Positions 58,862-64,000 of a stretch of 64,000 bases of DNA are shown piece after piece. The stretch spans positions 62,001 through 126,000 of the forward strand of contig QPGO01000013.1 in assembly GCA_008632985.1 (NCBI GenBank), read 5' to 3'. The stretch comes from Psammoneis japonica (taxonomy: Eukaryota). The translations under genes were made by a program, and so were the position numbers. Below the pieces are notes generated by a model. It worked only from the letters and a program-made list of their open reading frames with translations, did no database searches and was not told the origin of the DNA. Within the stretch, counting starts at the first letter, position 1, and the number at the start of each line of letters is the position of its first letter.

Positions 58862-60670
58862 CTATTCAAGAAAATAGGCTTCAGTCCAAACCTTCAAAGC
58901 TTCATCACACAAAGACGATACTTTGACGTTGCTGTTGAAAACATTCGCTTCATCGTTTTCCTCGTTATCATTCTCTTTGTCATATCCCCCAGCAATCTTC
59001 CATGCAAGCTTGGACGCTTCAACATTATCATCGAGAGTTTGTCGCGATAATTGTTTCTGACAAAGTAACACTTCCCAAAGAGAGTCGAGTTGCTTCTCCG
59101 GAACGACTTCAAAGTTCCCGTTCCGAATTTCACCACTCAAGCCATCATGGTTCATCTCGGGATCTTTACCCCAAATCACAAAGCCTCGAATAACCATGAA
59201 ATCTTGGGATGCGGCGATGCTTTTTGCGATTGCTTCCGCCGCATCATCCAAAGTGCACCTCCAAATAGAACTGTCTTTGGTTCCAATTGGCTCTCCAATT
59301 TCTGCTTTGCGTAAAGCCTCGTTGTTGTGGAGGAAAAAGTAAGGTGTGTCATTCGGCGTATCTTCGTCATCTCTAATGTCCATGCCGCCACCAAAACGAA
59401 GTGGAACAGAGAAAGTTACTTCCTTTTCAAAAAAGGATTCCGTAACAAACATCTCCAAGTCGACCTGCTTAGTTGTGGGATGGTTGAGCAGTATGCCAAC
59501 TGAGAAGTTTTCGTCGTCTTGAAGGACAAGTACTAGGGATTTGTGAAACTCTTGGTGCTCCAACAAAAAGGGCGAAGGCACCGCTTTCGACGCGCGAACA
59601 ATTGTACCTGGTCCCACAATAATGTCCTCCAATCCTTCATGGTCTTCTTGTGGTGACGGCGGTTCATCATCAAAAACCAAGTTTTTCGATGCCCACTCGG
59701 AGAGCATCAAATCATCAAAACTGACTTTCGTTTCCTCCTGCGCTGACTCCTTGCCAATCAATTTCATAAGCATAGACCAAGTGCTAATTCCAGCATTTCG
59801 TGCGTCCAATCCTGCTCCAGCGTTCAGAATACGCAACCCGTTCCTTACAGTTTTTCCGTCTGTCGAGACCGCATGCCACAAGTGCTGCCCAACTTCCTCA
59901 ATCAACTCGGGTGATTCGAATTCACAGTAGCCACAAAAGACCCAGAAATCCGACGCTTTTGCTTTGCCTTGTTGGACCATGAGCTTGGCGTTCTCAATCG
60001 TGGTGAACCCAATCCCATGAATGACATTTCGACACGCAGGAGAAGCGTCGTCTTGCAAATTGTGCAAGCAGTAGAATTTGGGGTCATCGCTGTGAATGCC
60101 ATGAATGGGACCGCCGTACCAGATTTGAGCTTCGAAGCCGTCGTCTTCCAAATTGAGATCGGTCGGTCTATTCAAGATGATACTCGACGTTGTCATTTGC
60201 AAATCATGCTCCAGAACGAGCATAACTGACTTGTGAAAGTACTGACAGCCCAAAGAGAAGCTGTTGAACGGGTCAGTCTTGGGTGGAGGTTGATTCAGCA
60301 AGACCGTTCCTTGCTCAATTACTGTACCCGACTCGTAAGCCCAAGACGGCGATTCATCGGCATCGCCATCCGATGATCCGAGAAGAGCCTCATCCATGTT
60401 CAAGTCAAAGTCAGAAAAAGCAGAAAGCGGTTCCTCTTGACGTTCTTGAAGGACCAGCTTGGCACGAAACGCACGCCAATCCTGTTCATCAACCTTGGAG
60501 GTTTGTTTTGCATCGAGACAGGATGATTTTCTCTGTACCTTTCTCGCTCCAGTAGAGCAAGTTTGTTGCAGGAGGAAAGATCGCGACACAAAGCACTCCA
60601 CGTGCTGGCGACAAGCCAATAGTGTCAACAAGGCCAATGCAGAGCTATACCCACTTCTTCGTCGAATCAT
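58862..60670 (-). CDS. DUF179 (YqgE/AlgH-like) double-domain protein, probably plastid-targeted
   Basis: DWRAFRAKLV; two copies of FHKS..LVL......S.(G)I.LN(R/H)PT followed by YGGP or FGGG; signal peptide plus ECF motif. Confidence 0.8.
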   Translation of the reverse strand: MIRRRSGYSSALALLTLLACRQHVECFVSRSFLLQQTCSTGARKVQRKSSCLDAKQTSKVDEQDWRAFRAKLVLQERQEEPLSAFSDFDLNMDEALLGSSDGDADESPSWAYESGTVIEQGTVLLNQPPPKTDPFNSFSLGCQYFHKSVMLVLEHDLQMTTSSIILNRPTDLNLEDDGFEAQIWYGGPIHGIHSDDPKFYCLHNLQDDASPACRNVIHGIGFTTIENAKLMVQQGKAKASDFWVFCGYCEFESPELIEEVGQHLWHAVSTDGKTVRNGLRILNAGAGLDARNAGISTWSMLMKLIGKESAQEETKVSFDDLMLSEWASKNLVFDDEPPSPQEDHEGLEDIIVGPGTIVRASKAVPSPFLLEHQEFHKSLVLVLQDDENFSVGILLNHPTTKQVDLEMFVTESFFEKEVTFSVPLRFGGGMDIRDDEDTPNDTPYFFLHNNEALRKAEIGEPIGTKDSSIWRCTLDDAAEAIAKSIAASQDFMVIRGFVIWGKDPEMNHDGLSGEIRNGNFEVVPEKQLDSLWEVLLCQKQLSRQTLDDNVEASKLAWKIAGGYDKENDNEENDEANVFNSNVKVSSLCDEALKVWTEAYFLE

Positions 60671-60882
60671 TCTTTGATTGATACGTGATGCGTTTCCTCC
60701 GTTTGCCTCGTTCTTTATTTCTCGAGTCGAATGAGAAAGATTCAAGATGAATGAACATGAAAGCGAAGAAAAACAGTGCCAAGAAAAAGCTGTCTGCAAG
60801 CTGTTCCAACTCCAAACTTTGGAACTTGAACTTCCACTTCCGGGTTAATTTTGGAGGGACGACTCACTTGACTAAAAGGTGG

Positions 60883-61085
60883 TGACGTAGTGATGACGTG
60901 TGAGGAGAATTGTGACGTGTGATTGAAATGACGTCATGCAATTTGAAATCATTTTTCCCCGCACTCGCACTCCTCGATCGGCAACCAAAACGCAAAACGC
61001 TGAGTTGGTTGCGCAAACTTACCGGTACAGTACGAATACAGTTAACGATGAGTCGGTCCCAATCGCAAGCGCCCCTGTCTGACGT
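60883..61085 (+). promoter_or_regulatory. Cluster of five TGACGT (bZIP/aureochrome-type) motifs in the divergent DUF179-LHCX promoter
   Basis: TGACGT at 60883, 60894, 60913, 60929 (palindromic TGACGTCA) and 61080. Confidence 0.55.
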
Positions 61086-61209
61086 TGTCGTGCAAGTCAC
61101 AACTTATGACTCAACCGTGCCTTGTGATCTCGTCTAAACTTCGCAACAATTCGTTGTCTCACAATTTCAGCAACCGCTAAAACACGACACAACTAACTCA
61201 AATATAATC

Positions 61210-61848
61210 ATGAAGCTCGCCGCCTCCGTCCTCGCTCTTGCCGGCTCTGCCGCTGCATTCGCCCCTGCCTCCGTGTCCAAGAAGTCCTCCACTTCTCTCA
61301 AGGCCTTCACCGTCGACAGCATTCCCGGAGCCATTGCTCCTACCGGTATTTTCGATCCTCTCGGATTCGCCGAGAAGGCCGACGAGAACACCCTCAAGCG
61401 TTACCGTGAAGCCGAGGTCACCCACGGACGTGTCGCCATGCTTGCCGTTTTGGGATTCCTTGTCGGAGAAAAGGTCGAGGGATCTTCCTTCCTATTCGAC
61501 GCCCAAATCACTGGACCCGCCATTACCCATCTTTCCCAAGTTCCTCCTCTTTTCTGGGCTCTTCTCATTACCGGAATTGGTGCTGCTGAACAGAAGCGTG
61601 CCGAGATTGGATGGGTCGATCCCGCCGACGTTCCGGTTGACCAGCCCGGACTCTTGAAGGCTGAGTACTACCCCGGCGACATTGGATTTGATCCCTTGGG
61701 ACTCAAGCCAACGGACCCTGAAGAGTTCAACACCATGGCCACGAAGGAACTCCAAAATGGTCGTCTCGCTATGCTTGCCGCCGCTGGCTTCATGGCCCAG
61801 GAACTTGTCAATGGACAGGGAATTCTTGAGAACCTCCACCTCAACTAA
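61210..61848 (+). CDS. LHCX: LHCX / LI818-type fucoxanthin-chlorophyll photoprotective antenna protein
   Basis: AAAFAP plastid motif, FDPLGF, RYREAEVTHGRVAMLA, VEGSSFLFDAQITGPAITHL, GDIGFDPLGLKP, KELQNGRLAMLA. Confidence 0.93.
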   Translation: MKLAASVLALAGSAAAFAPASVSKKSSTSLKAFTVDSIPGAIAPTGIFDPLGFAEKADENTLKRYREAEVTHGRVAMLAVLGFLVGEKVEGSSFLFDAQITGPAITHLSQVPPLFWALLITGIGAAEQKRAEIGWVDPADVPVDQPGLLKAEYYPGDIGFDPLGLKPTDPEEFNTMATKELQNGRLAMLAAAGFMAQELVNGQGILENLHLN

Positions 61849-62267
61849 GCTTGAAATGGAATGGGCGCTGAACTTTAGCAACCTTGAAGTGTTCGAGTCG
61901 TCCGCACAGGTGTAAATATACTAAAAAACATTATAGAAAGAAAAGCGATACAACTGAGAGATCTTACCTAACGTAGTTATCGAACCACGTTTTTTGGTCT
62001 GTTGTAGCTTACCACCATTATTAGTTGATTCGGATCAGCCAACGATGGATGGTCGGTCGTCTTGGTGATGGCAAGGATAGCAGGCACCTGCACCGATTCC
62101 ATGGTGTGGACGAATTTTGGCGCGAGCAAAAAGCGCGCGTTAGGCAACCCAATAAGGCAGCAGTAGCCATGACAAACCCAAACCGCACCGCAGCCATCGG
62201 CAGTTGTTCGGGTTTCACTACATAGCAGCAAGTAAGCATGTCGAAGCAAAGCGAAAGTAGTTGGAAA

Positions 62268-62792
62268 ATGTTGCGCTGTGTTCTGGTCGTTGTGTTGAGC
62301 TATGCAACAATAGCGGTCGCCAGTGATGAATTTGACGATTCCGACATGCAGCGCCGACGTGTTGCTGCCAAACCTTGGTATACCGACGACACAACCATCC
62401 TTGGCTACACCATTCCAATCAGTCCAGTGACATTTGTCATTTCATTTGTGGCGCTGTGGCAGTTGATTAAAGGCTTCACCAGTGCAAGCACAGCAGAAGC
62501 ATGCCACATTTTGATCAAGGAACGGAGTCCGGCGTCGCGCAAGCTTTTGGAAAATATGAAAAAAGATATTGGAAATGATATCAATAAATTTCATAAGTTT
62601 GCCAAAGAGTACAGTGCTTGCCCCTCCAAGGATCAGGGTGGTTACTTGGGACAGTGGAAAAAGGGTTGTATGGATCCGAATTTTGATGCGGCCGTTTTCA
62701 ATCCGAGCAACCCAATCAACTCGACCATTGGGCCTGTGGAGACAAGCTTTGGCTTTCATTTGATTTACATTCAAAAAAGAAAGATTGTATGA
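62268..62792 (+). CDS. Parvulin-type (PpiC) peptidyl-prolyl isomerase with N-terminal hydrophobic segments
   Basis: ACHILIK, AKEYSACPS..QGGYLG....G.M.P.FD.AVF, GPVETSFGFHLI. Confidence 0.9.
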   Translation: MLRCVLVVVLSYATIAVASDEFDDSDMQRRRVAAKPWYTDDTTILGYTIPISPVTFVISFVALWQLIKGFTSASTAEACHILIKERSPASRKLLENMKKDIGNDINKFHKFAKEYSACPSKDQGGYLGQWKKGCMDPNFDAAVFNPSNPINSTIGPVETSFGFHLIYIQKRKIV

Positions 62793-62982
62793 TTGAAACA
62801 GTGCCTGGGAAGTAGTTTGGAAGTTAATGCAAATAATATTGTCCCGTGTTCACGCAGAAAACAGAAACACTCTTCCTCATTCCAGACGCGAAGTTTTATC
62901 TACATGTCGACTACAGACTACAGAGGGGGAGTTGGGCAACCGATGCACGTCAGTACCAAAGTAGAAGCGATTCCACAATTGC

Positions 62983-64000
62983 TTAGTACGCCTCGGCAGA
63001 GTTCATCTTTTCGTTAAAGTCGCAAAGCATATCGACGGTCTCCAAAATGACATCTTGTGACAACGACTTGTCATCTTCTTTGGCAAGCGCCATGGCTAGA
63101 CGAATAGCGTTCTTGATCTCCCTTCCATTCAATTCATGTTTTGCAAGTTCTTGCGGCTGGATGGATCCATCATCGATTGAAGGTCCCAATCCAGACGCAA
63201 CCAGCAGATTCCTCCAGACTTGATGACGAGCGTCGTAATCAAGTGTCTCGTACCGAAGAGCCAACGTGATGCGCGTTTTGAAAGCTGGATCGAGAGAGTC
63301 CACTCGATTGGACGTTAGAAACAGTACTCCCTTGAAGTACTCCACCAGGCGCAACATGACGCTGACCATGGCGTTCCTTTCCAGAGAACCGCCAGCGATG
63401 CGTTTCTCGAGAAAAATGTCAGCCTCATCCAGCAAGATCAAGGCGTCCCATTTGGCACACAAGTCCAAGATTTCGCCAAGCTTCGTCTCGAGTTCAGCAG
63501 GAGTCGTTCCTAGTTGACCCAAGGAGACAGAGTACAGAGGACGATGCAGCATTTCGCTGATAGCTTCGGCGGTAAGAGTTTTGCCGACACCGGGCGGTCC
63601 GTACAAAAGAAAAACAGACCCTTCACCTTTACCGCTGACAATATCACTAAAAGTGTCACTGCTGTGCCTCACCAGGGCCTTGATCATGCGCTTCCTTGCT
63701 GGTGGAAGGACCAGACTTTCAAACACAGACCCCTGAAACTCAATGTCACTCAAACCGTCAATCAGGACATCACCCCACGTCTTACTAGTGAATGAGAACC
63801 CAACTGCGGCTGGCCACGTCATCTCGAGGTAGTCGATTGGAACGGTATCGAACAGAATCATACTGTCATCGCTTGGGTCTGCACCGGCGGTACCACCTGT
63901 GGAGGTCGCCCCAGATGCCTGTTTGAGTCGCCTCATATGAAGCATGTACTCTTTGTACTTGTACTTGATACCAGTAATCATTGGATCATATCCGACACTG
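62983..64000 (-). CDS. AAA+ ATPase (5' part lies beyond the window)
   Basis: GKGEG..FLLYGPPGVGKTLTAE, LLDEADIFLE.R, RNAMVSV.LR.VEY..GVLFLTSNR, LNGREIKN. Confidence 0.9.
   Translation of the reverse strand, partial: SVGYDPMITGIKYKYKEYMLHMRRLKQASGATSTGGTAGADPSDDSMILFDTVPIDYLEMTWPAAVGFSFTSKTWGDVLIDGLSDIEFQGSVFESLVLPPARKRMIKALVRHSSDTFSDIVSGKGEGSVFLLYGPPGVGKTLTAEAISEMLHRPLYSVSLGQLGTTPAELETKLGEILDLCAKWDALILLDEADIFLEKRIAGGSLERNAMVSVMLRLVEYFKGVLFLTSNRVDSLDPAFKTRITLALRYETLDYDARHQVWRNLLVASGLGPSIDDGSIQPQELAKHELNGREIKNAIRLAMALAKEDDKSLSQDVILETVDMLCDFNEKMNSAEAY

Overview
Eukaryotic, gene-dense DNA with short GT-AG introns, most likely from a (pennate) diatom. This is inferred from an LHCX/LI818 antenna gene, plastid-type signal peptides, tandem heat-shock factors, a diatom-type LRR protein and a CoDi-like Copia element. 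Host genes: histidinol dehydrogenase, a TOM1/THH1-like membrane protein, tandem secreted paralogs, a SAP30-Sin3-binding/SGF29-Tudor protein, ABC-F, mitochondrial 2Fe-2S ferredoxin, a P-loop AAA/TPR protein, a mucin-LRR protein, GDA1/CD39 apyrase, two HSFs, a double DUF179 protein, LHCX, parvulin and an AAA ATPase. Mobile DNA: a TIR DNA transposon (4238-6935), a MITE (12908-13138) and a ~20 kb repeat block (~33090-53600) containing a full-length Copia (41203-48993) nested in older Gypsy and other relics. Main finding: the transposons, but not the host genes, have lost almost every TpA dinucleotide through A->G change on both strands (TA->TG or CA). Conserved Tyr residues are now Cys/His, RT YVDD is HVDD, a stop TAG appears as CAG, and the two LTRs differ at TA sites. 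This looks like a repeat-targeted, RIP-like but reverse-direction (A:T->G:C) hypermutation system acting on integrated DNA. All counts are by eye and family names come from motif recognition, not database searches.
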